A stretch of DNA of 63,668 nucleotides, the filler included, from Octopus bimaculoides (lineage: Eukaryota), in NCBI RefSeq assembly GCF_001194135.2. It is 7 parts of 6 records of this genome, joined end to end, with 100 filler letters (N's around TTAATTAATTAA, not from the genome) between each part and the next. Parts side by side here need not be neighbours in the genome. Positions count along the whole stretch, not along the records: positions 12,899 to 29,943 come from NC_068989.1; positions 30,044 to 48,875 come from NC_068986.1; 5 more parts are not named here. One strand, 5' to 3'. Shown here piece by piece: positions 25,441 through 39,041 of the stretch; the stretch's first letter is position 1, and the number at the start of each line of letters is the position of its first letter. The notes beneath the pieces were generated by a model. It ran no database searches. It worked only from the letters and a program-made list of their open reading frames with translations, and had not been told where the DNA came from. The translations under genes and the position numbers were made by a program.

Positions 25441-26324
25441 AACGCTTCAAAATGCAAGAGATGCTCAATATTCGCTCGTAACTCTTACATACCTACAAAT
25501 ATTCAATTCGTTATCTTTATAAAAAGTACATGCATATTTGTGTAGTTAACTTCGCAGCCACGAGGTTTCAGGTTTAGTCCCACAATGCAGCGGCAGAGGC
25601 AAGTATCTTCTACTATAATCACAGGACTAAGTATGTTTACTTAGTGAATTTGGGAAATGGAAACTGTGTGGCAACTCTTCATATATTCTACTAACTGTAA
25701 GCACCATTTTACTTCTTTTTCCTTGTAACATTTCTTGTTTTGCCAACATACTTTCCTCCACTTATCCCCAAATCCTACTCCTTTAACTTAATACTTATCT
25801 CTCTCTGCCTCTTTGACAGTTCAGTTGACGTTCTAAATTGATTTACTGTCTACCTAAGATTAATTTGACCACCCGTGACGTTTGCTTTCGCTACATTGAT
25901 TCCAAATTTATTTTCTCCCCTTTTCTCTTTCTTCCATTCTTCCCATAAAAGTGTTGAGTTTTACTCGGCACTTGATATTCAAGAGAGAACCTAGAGACAA
26001 GTATTTGTTAGAATATGCTGAAACGACAAATTGAATACATCAGTCACTGTTAAATAGATCATATTTTGTGAGAAGACTTTTAGTACTAACGTATAAATAC
26101 GTGAAGCCATATTTTCGCTTTTTGTTTACGTGTATGTTTACAACTGGTAGTAGTGTTTACGAATCATGAACGGGAGCCTATTAAGAGCATTAATTGCATC
26201 GTATTACATGTAATCCTTCATCAGTAAGCTAACATGTTATCTAGACACATTATTGTTAGCTAGCTAGCTACTTAGAGAAACAGACAGACAGGCAGACAGA
26301 CAGACAGTAGACAGACAGACAGAC

Positions 26325-26372
<48 letters not shown>

Positions 26373-27254
26373 TCACATTCTGTGATGACAGAATTTGTTT
26401 ATTAAAATTTCCCTTCTTATACTTAATGTTTCTCCTTTCAAATTCTTGAAATTTATGGGGTTTAACTTTTTTTTTAATCTTAGATTTATGCTTTTTTTCG
26501 AGTATTTAGAATAGAATTTCATTATTCTTGAAAAGTAAATGCCGAAATAACACAAACATTCCTGAAAGAAAAAAATGAAAACAAAGCATATAGAACTACT
26601 TAAATAAAAACTATATACTTGAGAATTATCTTATCCCCGAGCAAACATAAATCTCTGTAAACAGAATAAGAAATGTTCTACGATGTATCAAGTTAAATAC
26701 TTTGTCAGTCATTGCAAAATATAGAAACATTTCTAAATTAATACTTGCTTGTCAAAAATGCAATATTCAAACAAAAATAAGTTAGTAGTAATGTAATATT
26801 CACAAGCTTTCCGTACTTGTTTGTCATTAACGGATTAATTAAATAGCTCGAGAAAAGATACTGATGTATCTATTTTAAGTAATTTGCATGTTCGATTTTA
26901 TGAATAGATTTCTATGTGTTGTATGATCTTGCGTAAATTTTCATTCGCTGTGTGTTCCGCGTTTACTGAGTAAGCTATCAGTCTTGGTCTATGATTAATT
27001 AAATGTCCTTGCTGGTGTACGCCACGCATGGCGAGGCGACAAGAAAGATAGACGAGGTAAACGAGAATTTCGAGTAGGTTGACTGGGAGCCCGAATAAAT
27101 TTGTTAGCCGTAGACATATATACAGGCAGAGAGAAGGACATTATGTATGTGTGTGTGTGTGTATGTCTGTATTTTAAAATGATCTTTGGGAAATTTCTTG
27201 ATATAGTCACATTATTCAAAAACAGATTTACTTCAAGGATCTAGAACAGTTTTA

Positions 27255-27467
27255 CAGGGTGTCCACAAAGTCTGGGTACATGGGGATTAACGCATACTTT
27301 AAGAAATTATTATTTTTTATATTTAATTGTTTATGTTATGATTTTATTTTCTCCATGTACTCACATGGGGGATTAACATATACTTTAAGAAATTATTTCT
27401 TACATTTAATTGTTTATGTTATTATGATTTTATTTACACAATGTACCTAGACTTTGTGGACACCCTG
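27255..27467. mobile_element. Intact 213-bp Tc1/mariner-type MITE
   Basis: Near-perfect ~26-bp TIRs CAGGGTGTCCACAAAGTCTGGGTACA / TGTACCTAGACTTTGTGGACACCCTG, a TA on both sides (27253-54, 27468-69), and an interior made of two ~85-bp direct repeats. Confidence 0.92.
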
Positions 27468-27796
27468 TATATATTGCGAAAAGCTGAGGGATAAGAGGAA
27501 ACGGCGTTGAAGCTTTGAAGAAGCTTCTACCGTTCAATATCCCAGGTAAGCCTATAGGATGGCAAGAAACTCAAATGAGGGCATCACTACCAAACTCTCT
27601 CATTCATCAAAAAGCCACCCACATAAGAATGATCATTAAAAAGTGTTACTCTGCTTTTATTTTAATCTATTTTCAATACACAACAGTCTGCAGTTACTAT
27701 AAGAGAGATCGGGTTTAGTTTAGAATAAGATTAAAATTTTGAATTTGCAAATTAGGAATTATAAAGAAAATGATGAAGACAATTCACGTATTTAGT

Positions 27797-28207
27797 TACT
27801 CTTTTACTCTTTCACTTGTTCCAGTCAATTGACTGCGGCAAGGCTGGAGCAGCGCCTTTAGTCGAGCAAATCGACCCCAGGACTTATTCTTTGTAAGCCT
27901 AGTACTTATTTTATCTACCACTTTTGCCGAACCGCTAGGTTACAGGGACGTAAACACGCCAGCATCGGTTGTCAAGCGATGCTGGGAGGACAAACACAGA
28001 CACACAAACATATATACACACATACATATATATACATATATATACATATATACGACGGACTGTTTTCAGTTTCCGACTACCAAATCCACTCACAAGGCTT
28101 TGGTCGGCCCGAGGCTATAGTAGAAGACACTTGCCCAGGGTTCCACGCAGTGGGACTGAACCCAGAACCATGTGGTTTGTAAGCAAGCTACTGACCACAC
28201 AGCCATG
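27797..28207 (-). mobile_element. SINE family A, near full-length
   Basis: Reverse-complement homolog of 36775-37182. Confidence 0.85.
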
Positions 28208-28647
28208 TTACTAAAATTTCTAGTGGAATTAATTGTATACAGTGTCATTTCAGTCTTTTTAGAAATGGACAGGAAGATGTAACCCGTGACTTAGTAATTA
28301 AACGTTTTATGGAATGAGAAATTTCCTTAAAGATAGAAATAATAAGAGTGTCAAGGAAATTCATGTAAGGTGGGTTTTTTTCCCCTTCCGTACATTCAGA
28401 GTTGGCACTTAGAGCAATAGACAGAAAAGTGGTAAAGTTTTTTTTAATATTTACAAACACAAACACATATGCATGTATGCATGCATGTATGTATGTATAT
28501 ATGTGTGTGAGTGTGTGTGCGTGTGTGAGAATGTGTGTGTATGTTCGTGTGTGTAGAAATGTGTATCTATATATATATATGTATGTATGTATATATATAA
28601 ACATCTGCATACATATATACATGTACACAATATGTGTGGGTGTATAC

Positions 28648-28683
<36 letters not shown>

Positions 28684-28684
28684 G

Positions 28685-28785
<101 letters not shown>

Positions 28786-29588
28786 GCACGCATGTATGTT
28801 TATATATATGCACACATATGTATGTATGTGGATATATATATATACAACGGTTTTTGTCTATGTATATATAGTATATCGGTAAAATTAAAGCTAGTTAGAT
28901 GAACTAAACGAATTACTACTTACTTTATATACAGGTTCAACAGAAAATCTTCAAATTTTCCAAGGAATTAAAATGAAACGAAATGAAATAAGATAAAATA
29001 CAGTAGAATATTTACGTTATTACGTTTAAGACATTTTTGTTTAGTGTCTGAGTACGTCTCTGACTCTGATCAACCGCACCACTGTCATCATCACCATTGT
29101 GGCTATGCTTGAGGCAGAGGATTGAGAGAATTAATAGTACCAGACGTGGTCGACTCTTCTACCTCCTTCAGCTTCACAAAGTCAATACAGTAAACTATCA
29201 GACGTCGTCATCAGCAGCATCAGTAACATCCCCACCATTACAGCTAATACAATAATCACGATCATCTCTATCGTCATCGTTACCATAACTTTACTTTCTA
29301 ATCTTGTTCTGATTTTTGCTAACATCTCTTTAGAACAACTATTCTCTTAGCCGATGGTGAAACCTAACAACAGTATTATTGTTAACTTATTCTGTATAAA
29401 ATATTAGTCAACGGTTGGAAGATGTCTACAGGTAATATACAGTCTAATCTGTTGAAGAGACAAGAAGTCACGACTTATTTGCATTTACGTCTTTGGGCAT
29501 AAAACTAGCGATAGTGATCTTTAGTTTTAATAAAATATTACATGCAGAAAATCTCTCTACACTGCAATACTAAGCAGATAGCTATTTC

Positions 29589-29667
<79 letters not shown>

Positions 29668-30670
29668 TGATTGATAAAACTAGCTGCTCGTGAATTAAGA
29701 TCTAAGTCTCTGAGTATTCCGGAGACACGTATACTAATAGTGACAGAGTTATAGCTTTCAAACGAGAAGTACCACGCCTTTGCCAATCCAGTGTCACTCA
29801 GGTGGTATGACACGGAACCAAAAACTTGTTGAAGACACAGTTCAGCACTTTTGCATATGACACACAAACCACACACCCATCACACATACACAACCATACA
29901 CACACACGCATATGTATGTATATATATATATATATATATATATNNNNNNNNNNNNNNNNNNNNNNNNNNNNNNNNNNNNNNNNNNNNTTAATTAATTAAN
30001 NNNNNNNNNNNNNNNNNNNNNNNNNNNNNNNNNNNNNNNNNNNTTTTGTGCAGGTGGCACATGAAATGCACCATTTTGAGCGTGGCCGTTGCCAGTACTG
30101 CCTGACTGGCCTTCGTGCGGGTGACACGTAAAAGCACCCACTACACTCTCTGAGTGGTTGGCATTAGGAAGGGCATCCAGCTGTAGAAACTCTGCCAAAT
30201 TAGATTGGAGCCTGGTGTTGCCATCCGGTTTCACCAGTCCTCAGTCAAATCGTCCAACCCATGCTAGCATGGAAAGCGGACGTTAAACGACGACGACGAC
30301 GACGACCCTACCCCAACAAACCAAAACCACTTCTCTCTTTCACATTTCCCCTTTCCCATGCTTATCCCTCGCTCCCCAATTCTGTCCTCACAACCCTGCC
30401 CACTCTATCATTGCTGTCCTCTTCTCCCCCACTTCCCCTATATACTCACATTTCACTAGTCACTGCATTCCTCACCCCCACACTTTTTGCATTTATGCGA
30501 GTCCCCTAATCTCTACTCACTCACCCTTGGCAATACTCAACCATCCCCGTTTATATTCTGATCCCCATACCTTGAGGGCATAACTTGGCTCTTCATCACC
30601 ATCTCTCTCTTACTCTCTCTTGCACTCTCACCCTCTCACTCTCTTCCCCTCTCTCTAATTCTTGATCAAT

Positions 30671-30705
<35 letters not shown>

Positions 30706-33700
30706 CTTCTGACGGAGTAACTATTTATCTCCTCCACAACAACACATGTGTTTCTGTCCTCATTCTTGATTTCTCTCTCTCTCTCTGACTGGATAACCAC
30801 ATATCTCCTCTATAGTAACAAACCTATTTCTATCTCTCTTTCACACTGTAACTGCTCATCACCTGGCACAAGGCTACCTCCTCCCATGCCCACCTCTCAA
30901 AGTTACTTAGTGACCCTACCAGTGCTGGTGTATCCATTCCACACTGTAAAGTGGTTGGTGTTAGGAAGGGTCCCACTTATGGCCAATGGCTGAACCAAAT
31001 GACACAAAAAAAAAAAAAAAAGAAATTATGGTGGTAGCCCATCTGGGGTAAAATGCTGGTGATGAGGACGGCTGCTGATTATATATCTTCTTTCACGCTT
31101 AAGTACACATGTATATATTCTCACCCACTTCCTGTACACATAGACACACTAACATGCACATCCATACAGGTACATGCAAGGACTTATTTGGTGATGGTTG
31201 GGGTATTTATATCCTAGTCTGGTGGTGGTGTCCTATCTATAGGTCACGGCTTTTTCTCTGATGTGTATATAGCATCTCTGTTATTGTAATACATACATGC
31301 AGGGGTGTGTGTGTGTGTGTATGTATATTATCTTTATGTGTGTGTAAATTAAGTTATATATTAACACATGTTTGTGTCTTTGTCTCAGTTCTGAGATTTA
31401 CACAGATGCCAGACACAGCTTTTCTGGAAGATTCCTTGACATTGTCCTGTGTTAAAGATTAAATGAAGCCAAGTTGGAACCGATAGGCTTCTATTCTTCA
31501 CTATTAAACATTATTCTGAAATTATTTTATTTCCTCGAATGAATTCATATGTTTAATGGTATATCATTTTTACCATGTATGACATCAACTCTACTATATC
31601 ATCTATTGAATAACTCCACTGTAATAACAATAAATATATTATATTTAACAATGTTAATATTGGCTGCACTGATAGTTCAGTCAGTTAGGTCAGGAGATTC
31701 TAACTGTAAATTACTTCAGAGCACCCCCCCCCCCAAAAAAAAAATATATTTCTATGTTGAACTGAAAGATTCATGGGTTTTGTTAAATGTTTTGTAATAT
31801 TTTTCTCTTTCATAAAAAACATATTTAGAGATGATGATTGAGATACAAATGCACCCCACTACTCTTGTCTCATTCACATATTCTGCATTGTTATTAAGAA
31901 TACCATCATCTAAACATCTATTTTATAATTCAGTGTTCAAGTTTTCTATTTATAATGTTTAGCAGACTGTATTCTACTATTCTCTGATATCTCTGTGTAT
32001 TTGTGTTTGTATATGTGTGTCTATTTTTATACATTTTTAAATGTCACATCTCTTTTCCAATAATATGTTAAAAAAAAAAACAGTAAAAAAATCCTGTTGT
32101 ATTAAATCTTACTTTGAACCATTCTTTTGGTGGAGATAAATGTTTGGGTAATCATATTTTCAGTATTTACCAGAATTTTTGTTGCTTACTTTGAGAAATT
32201 CTTTTGATGCCTAACATTTTATTTGAGTGCATCAATTCTTTGATGCCACACAATATTTTATTGCTAAGTATATTCCATTGATGTTTTACTGTTTGCATCA
32301 GTGTACATATATTACAATAATACAGAAAAAAAAATACTAAACAAATGAAGGAATGAAATAGATATTAAAACATTAAATATTAATGTTAGGATCTTTTAAG
32401 AATGGGTTGTGAATATGTGTAAGGACTTGAATATCTTTATGGATACATGTAAATGTGTGTGTGTGTGTGTGTGTGTGTGTATAGATTTACAAAATGGTTG
32501 AATAGATGAGGTATTGGGTCATGCTTTTGATGTGGAGACAAAGAAGAGGGAGGACCCTGATGAACCATTTCCTGGTTTGTTAACTCAGAGAAGATATATT
32601 TAGTCACAGATAATTTAGCCATGATAAAATTAGTCGTAAATTAGGTTATCACTTTAATGGATTGCTAAGTTTTAATAGCGTAATTTGTGACTGCTTTATA
32701 TATCAACTGAATTGCCTATGCAACTGATTAGGGAAGAAAACGGTATATGTCTTTTCAGAGGAGCGTTTAACAAATTGTGAAGTGACTCGTCAGAAGATCC
32801 TCTCATTTTTTTTTTACGACTTATTCCTCTGAAGGAAAATTTTTTTCTTTCATCATCATCATCATCATCATACTAAAGTATTATAATTTTAAATGTACTT
32901 ACAAAAGAAATTAAAAAAAAATTCAATCGTGTTTTATGTATTACAACGACATTTGTCTATTTATGTATATTTATGTATTTTGGAATTTTTATTTCCATTT
33001 TATAAAGAATATATTTATATAAGATTTGAATGTGTATTTTAATTATGTTCTTTTAAACTCCACGTGTATTGCCNNNNNNNNNNNNNNNNNNNNNNNNNNN
33101 NNNNNNNNNNNNNNNNNNNNNNNNNNNNNNNNNNNNNNNNNNNNNNNNNNNNNNNNNNNNNNNNNNNNNNNNNNNNNNNNNNNNNNNNNNNNNNNNNNNN
33201 NNNNNNNNNNNNNNNNNNNNNNNNNNNNNNNNNNNNNNNNNNNNNNNNNNNNNNNNNNNNNNNNNNNNNNNNNNNNNNNNNNNNNNNNNNNNNNNNNNNN
33301 NNNNNNNNNNNNNNNNNNNNNNNNNNNNNNNNNNNNNNNNNNNNNNNNNNNNNNNNNNNNNNNNNNNNNNNNNNNNNNNNNNNNNNNNNNNNNNNNNNNN
33401 NNNNNNNNNNNNNNNNNNNNNNNNNNNNNNNNNNCTAATGTCTGCTTTCCATGCTGGTATGGGTTGGACAGTTTGAGTGTGGGCTGGTGAGCCAGAAGGT
33501 ATCATCAGGCTCAATCTGATCTGGCAAAGTTTCTACAGCTGGATGCCCTTCCTAGCGCCAACCACTCCTAGAGTGTAGTGGGTGCTTTGTGCCACCGGCA
33601 CAAAGGCCAGTCAGACGGTACTGGCAACGACCACGCTCAAAAGGTGTTTTTACATGCTACCTGCATGGGACCCAATCTGGCGGTACTGGCAACGATCACA

Positions 33701-33984
33701 CGCTTGATTGTTATTTTTCACATGCCACTGGCACATGTGCCAGTCAGGCAATGCTGGCAGCAATCACACTCGAATGGTGCTTTTTACATGCCACCGGTGC
33801 AGGAGCCAATCCGTGGCCCTGGCAATGATCATGCTTGGATGCACTTTTAACATTCCACTGGCACGAGCGCCAGTCAGGCAGTACTGTCATCGGCCACGTC
33901 AGCGATTTTGATTTGATTTGATTTCACTTGCCTCAGTATTTCTTTGCAAGCAAAGTTTATTGTCCAATGAATGAGGGGTATTCA

Positions 33985-34325
33985 TAAGTGAAGGTGCATG
34001 ACTCAGTGGTTAGAGCGTCGAACTTACGATTGTGAGGTTGTGAGTTCGAATCCTGGACTGGGCTGCGTGTTGTGTTCTGGAGCAAGACACTTTATTTCAT
34101 GTTGCTCCAGTTCACTCAGCTGTAGAAATGAGTTGCGATATTACTGGTGCCAAGCTGTATCGGCCTTTGCCTTTCCCTTGGATAATATAAGTGGTGTGGA
34201 GAGGGGAGGCTGGTGTGCAAGGGTGACTGCTGGCCTTTCACAAACAACCTTGCCCGGACTTGTGCCTGGGAGGGTAACTTTCTAAGTGCAATCCCATGGT
34301 CATCCATGACTGAAGGGGGTCTCCT
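33985..34325 (+). mobile_element. tRNA-headed SINE with a conserved central domain
   Basis: Box-A-like gactcagtggttagagc and box-B-like gagttcgaatcc, then gcaagacactttatttcatgttgctccagttcactcagctgtagaaatgag, resembling shared metazoan SINE central domains (family not assigned). Confidence 0.7.
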
Positions 34326-34399
34326 CCTCCTCCTCTATTCATAAATAGGCTGAAGGTTTCCTTAAGAGATGCATGCATCTCTCCTGACTCATGGGGGGG

Positions 34400-34900
34400 G
34401 GGGCACAGCTTTTGACCATAGCAGGTGGAGAAGGATTGTGCATGAAGGGATAGCTACTTTTGAGAAATCTTGAGTTGCGCATGAGAAAGTAAGGAGGGAT
34501 GTCAGGAAGGGCGTTGCTGATGCACTTCCAGATGGTAAGGGTTTTCCTTTGACGCTGACATGCAGAGTCCTTGCAAGACCCTGCCTCAGTAAAGCTGGAC
34601 TCAAGAGTCATCTTCGTAGTCATAAAGCGAGGCAACCAGTGGATGGTGGTGCTACACACCATACTAATCATATCTGTTATATATGTAGAAGGGAGTGTAA
34701 TTCGGTAGGAGGACTTAAACGACATGCAAAGGTACATGAAGCCCAATTGCAACTACAGTTGGCTATTGCTAGTAAAGGTTTTAGATGCCAATTCCGTACA
34801 AGCCATTGTAGATCTTTAGTTGGGCTAAAAAGTCACATTCGATCACAGCACCGATAACAGTTAAGCCTCGTGCAATGGCCATACTCGATAACGAGGGAGC
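34400..34900 (+). mobile_element. RTE-clade LINE 3' end with three C2H2 zinc fingers
   Basis: AFDHSRWRRIVHEGIATFEKS* (post-RT motif) followed by CRVLARPCLSKAGLKSHLRSH, CYICRRECNSVGGLKRHAKVH and CQFRTSHCRSLVGLKSHIRSQH*, a short 3' UTR and a (TG)/(TA) tail. Confidence 0.78.
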
Positions 34901-34914
34901 AGTGTGTGTGTATG

Positions 34915-34957
<43 letters not shown>

Positions 34958-35353
34958 GAGAATATACAAAAAATAACAACAGACGAGGACAGGTGGTGTA
35001 AATAACAAAAGTATATATTAGTATGACTAGCTGGAAAGTCAATTTCTTCACCACACAGTCATGTGGTTTGGGATTCACTCCCACTGTGCTGCATCTTTGG
35101 TAAGTGTGTCTTTCTATTGCCCTGGGCCAACCAAAGCCTTGTGAGTGGATTTGGCAGATAGAAAATGAGAAAAGTCTGTCAGGTGTATATGTGTGTATGT
35201 ATGCATGTATATATATATGTGTGTCCTTGTCTTGGCATCATATGATGGTTGTAAATAAGCATTCCCATCATATAAGTGTCATTGATTGGCAGTTTTCTGG
35301 TCATGGAAGAAATATTAACTTGATTGTACACTGCTACACACACACACACACAA

Positions 35354-35384
<31 letters not shown>

Positions 35385-35469
35385 CATACTATTGCATTCC
35401 TCGGTCTGTGTATATTTACTCTTATAAGAATACACACACTCCTGAAGATTTTACTTGTTTTGCAATAAT

Positions 35470-35895
35470 CATCATCATCATCATCATCGTTTAACGTCCG
35501 CTTTCCATGCTAGCATGGGTTGGACGATTTGACTGAGGACTGGTGAAACCGGATGGCAACACCAGGCTCCAGTCTGATTTGGCAGAGTTTCTACAGCTGG
35601 ATGCCCTTCCTAACGCCAACCACTCAGAGAGTGTAGTGGGTGCTTTTACGTGTCACCCGCACGAAAACGGCCACGCTCGAAATGGTGTCTTTTATGTGCC
35701 ACCCGCACAAGCCAGTCCAGGGGCACTGGCAACGATCTCGCTCGAAAATCCTACAGGAGCCAGTCAGGCGGTACTGGCAACGGCCACGCTCAAAATGGTG
35801 CATCTCATGTGCCACCTGCACAAGAACCAGTCCAGGGGCACTGGCAACGATCTTACTTGGCTTGCCGGGTCTTCTCACGCACAGCCCATTTCCAA
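35470..35895 (+). mobile_element. Octopus SINE-like family C ((CAT)n-cgtttaacgtccgctttccatgctagcatggg end) with internal ~45-50-bp tandem units
   Basis: Homologs at 30044-30300(-), 33436-33910(+), 36420-36490(-), 42890-43050(-), 43130-43290(+), 44050-44350(-), 46625-46900(+) and 47240-47400(+). The unit ggtactggcaacg..cacgctc is repeated. Confidence 0.8.
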
Positions 35896-36459
35896 AGGTC
35901 TCTACTATAATATGTAATAACATAAAGGTGTTCCAACTGTGACTCTCCAGCCAGTATATATTGTTTCATATACATACAAGTTATATAAAAATTTTGTCTT
36001 TCATTTTAGTTAATGATTTTAACATTATATGAAATGCTATATATTGCATAATCAAGTTTGTTTTAATCAAAAAAAAAAATTGCCAGATTCTTTAAAAAAT
36101 GTGTAACAGAAAAGTTTGAAATGATTGAAAATTTGTTTGTTAAAGCATTTGTTTTGTGGCAAAACAATGTAGAATTGAGTCTGTGATTTGGAAGTTGGAA
36201 TTGATTTTTCTGGAAGAAACATCAAATGATTATCTGTTGACTTTATTTAACAGACACACTTTAATGCCAATATTGGTAAAGTTCAAAGGTCACTTTTAAC
36301 AAAATTTAAACAAATAGTTATATAATTATTTATTTGATAGCTTTCAGAAAAGAAACTTAGAAAAGGAGATACATGTCTGTGCCATGACATAAATAAAATC
36401 AAAACAATTAAATATACATTGCGTCCAACCCATGCTAGCATGGAAGGCGGACGTTAAAC

Positions 36460-36493
<34 letters not shown>

Positions 36494-36559
36494 CCAGGTA
36501 TAACGAGGTTCTTTTATTTTGTTGAATTGTGAAATATTTTGATATTCCTGTATTTTCAG

Positions 36560-36694
36560 ACCTGTCACATCTTCAGTATTTGCCGGTGTTGATAAAGTAG
36601 TTTCTGGAAGTGATGACCGAACTGTGAAAGTTTGGGATTTGAAGAATATGAGTTCTCCAATTGTTACTATTCGAACTGACTCTGCTGTGAACCG
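36560..36694 (+). CDS. WDR37: WD repeat-containing protein 37, internal exon (phase 2 to phase 2)
   Basis: Acceptor tattttcag|A and donor CG|gtaaat. Translation [44 protein letters not shown](R) closely matches the C-terminal WD40 repeats of vertebrate WDR37 as I recall them ([44 protein letters not shown]). Not in the ORF track. Confidence 0.93.
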
Positions 36695-36774
36695 GTAAAT
36701 TTTATTCTTTGAAAAATAATGATCATTTTTGATTATCGTGTTTATAATAATTATCATTATGTTGGCTCAGTAGC

Positions 36775-36925
36775 TAAGTAGCTTGCTTACCAACCACATG
36801 GTTCCGGGTTCAGTCCCACTGTGTGGGGCACCTTGGGCAAGTGTCTTCTACTATAGCCTCAGGCCGACCAAAGCCTTGTGAGTGGATTTGGTAGACGGAA
36901 ACTGAAAGAAGCCCGTCGTATATAT

Positions 36926-36957
<32 letters not shown>

Positions 36958-37182
36958 TTGTATATGTTTGCGTGTCTGTGTTTGTCCCCCCAACATCGCT
37001 TGACAACTGATGCTGGTGTGTTTACGTCCTCGTAACTTAGCGATTTGGCAAAAAGACACCGATAGAATAAGTACTAGGCTTACAAAGAATAAGTCCTGGG
37101 GTCGATTTTCTCGACTAAAGGCAGTGCTCCAGCATGGCCACAGTCAAATGACTGAAACAAGTAAAAGAGTAAAAGAGTTAAA
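36775..37182 (+). mobile_element. SINE family A, near full-length, in WDR37 intron
   Basis: Same head, body and gtaaaaga tail as the other copies. Confidence 0.88.
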
Positions 37183-37501
37183 AGACACATCAGAACATAT
37201 ACACATGTGTTTTGTTTTGGCCAAAGACTAGTGACCTTCACTCTTGTAGTCCTTCCTAATTTGGTGTAGTCAGTGTAATTCATGGTCAACTTGAACTTCT
37301 GGTTCTTGTTTGTTGGGAAAATGTGGATCAAACGAGGTATCAGAATTGTCATCGATGGCGAGGAAAGATTCACTGAAATGTTTCAAGTTTGTGCAAGAAG
37401 GGGTTCTTTGAGTAGGCTTTGACTGTTATTCCAGAGCAACAGAACTCTTGTAATAGCAGCAGAAAAGACAAGATATATCTTTGAATGGAGTCTTAAATGC
37501 T

Positions 37502-37610
37502 GCTATGTGCATGTATCTGAGCTATGTGCATGTATCTGAGCTATGTGCATGNNNNNNNNNNAGCTATGTGCATGTATCTGAGCTATGTGCATGTATCTGA
37601 GCTATGTGCA
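37502..37610. repeat. 19-bp minisatellite, at least 5 copies, with a 10-N gap
   Basis: Unit gctatgtgcatgtatctga at 37502, 37521, 37540, ... Confidence 0.9.
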
Positions 37611-37619
37611 TAGTATCTT

Positions 37620-38560
37620 CTTGTGGGTTGCACTTGTATGACTGTTCAGACCGAATTACTTCTTGGTTGTAAGAAGGAAGATGGTAATTCTGGTTATGCT
37701 ATAGATGTGTGATTGACAAGTGATTGATGGACAGCTTGACTAAAGCATATGGGAGAAGATCAGTGAAGCTGGGGAAAGACTGTTTAGTTAAGTGGGTATA
37801 AGATCCACCAACTGTAAATAGCAGAAACCAGTGTGGTAGCAAATGGAAAGAGAGAATGAAGTAGCAACATGTCTGTGAGTTACAAGTTGGGGGTGTGTTG
37901 GTAACTTCATGCCAAACTGTTTAGTAGTCTTTTTTTAGATGGAGTTTAGAATATCTATAGTGAGAGAAGTACTCCTTTGTGGTCTCACTGTAATTTTGTA
38001 TTTATCTGTAATTATTGTTGAAAGCTGAAATATTTTCTGGTGTTGAAGAGGAAGGTCAATCTCTGTGATAAAGTCTGAGCTATATTAAAGATGTCAGGTC
38101 ATGGGAAAGATCATCAATTATGTTAAGGCCAAGCATTTGTAGCAACTTTGAAGTTTTTAATTGTGTACTATTCATCTGTAGAGATGGTTGTTGTGGTACA
38201 ATATTTCGCTGGTATGTGTAAAGGATTGTGCCTTTGTGTTGTTGAAGGAACAAGATTGGAATAATCCATTGAAAAACCTTTCTGAATTATAGGACATACT
38301 GTAGCGTGTTTCTAAAGATCTGGGTAGATTGCTGGGGGTGGGAGTGACAAGTATAGGGATAATTCTGGAGTATAAGGTCAAGGTTAGTGTCCTTGTTGGA
38401 TTTAAATGACTGAAGTCCTACTTACAGAGCCATCAGGGTTGAATTGAATGAAGTTTCTGATACTTTAGTAGACATACTTTTGGCAAAAAACCTAAAGGAT
38501 CATCTGCTATTTGAAAGGTGGGGGAATTTCCAGATTATGTAATGTATGGAGGAATCATTG
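37620..38560 (-). mobile_element. Decayed CR1/L2-superfamily LINE RT 3' region
   Basis: Minus-strand pieces SFNNTKAQ, LGLNIIDDLS, IFNIAQTLSQRLTFLFNTRKYFSFQQ and THRHVATSFSLSICYHTG...LVDLIP match post-RT motifs of CR1/L2-like elements. There are many stops and frameshifts. Confidence 0.7.
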
Positions 38561-39041
38561 ACAGTTATTGTGCTGGGTAAAAGGTATCTTAACTGTATGA
38601 ATGAGCGTTGAAGTGGTGAGCTGTGATAAGGCAGCTGAGTTGAGGAGGTACCAAAGGATCCAGGATATGGAGAGGAGTTTCATCGGTTGTGGATGTGCAA
38701 CTGGTAGTTGAGATAAGGCTATGGTCAAATGAGCTGACAGATGGTAGAGGTTGCGTTTGGAGTGAGATGAAGGGTGCTTGAAGTGTTTGTATAACAGAGA
38801 TATGTGTAGAGCATGAAACTAATTGATGTAGCAGGATGAGGACTGTAAAAGACGAAGGGGAAAGGTGAACTTCCTGCTGTGCATCTTTGGTTTCAATATT
38901 AGGGTTGATTGTTAGGGTTAGGGTTCCATGCCAGCATGGAAGGCGGACGTTGAATGATGATAATGATGATGTTGTTGGAAATAGCTTGGAACTTGTTATT
39001 GACAATTTTTGAATTGTTCTTTCTTTGTTTTGTATGTCTAG

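Noticed and set aside
29988-29999. TTAATTAATTAA recurring six times as a biological motif
   Set aside because: It is always centred in 44N+44N, so it is an assembly spacer.
32749-32810. cttttcag|AGGAGCGTTTAACAAATTGT as a WDR37 upstream exon (ERLTNC..)
   Set aside because: The resemblance to QELTHC is superficial, the sequence runs into poly-T, and there is no donor or downstream WD motif.
38912-38935. TTAGGG-like repeats
   Set aside because: Only two to three units at a SINE junction, so not an interstitial telomere of note.
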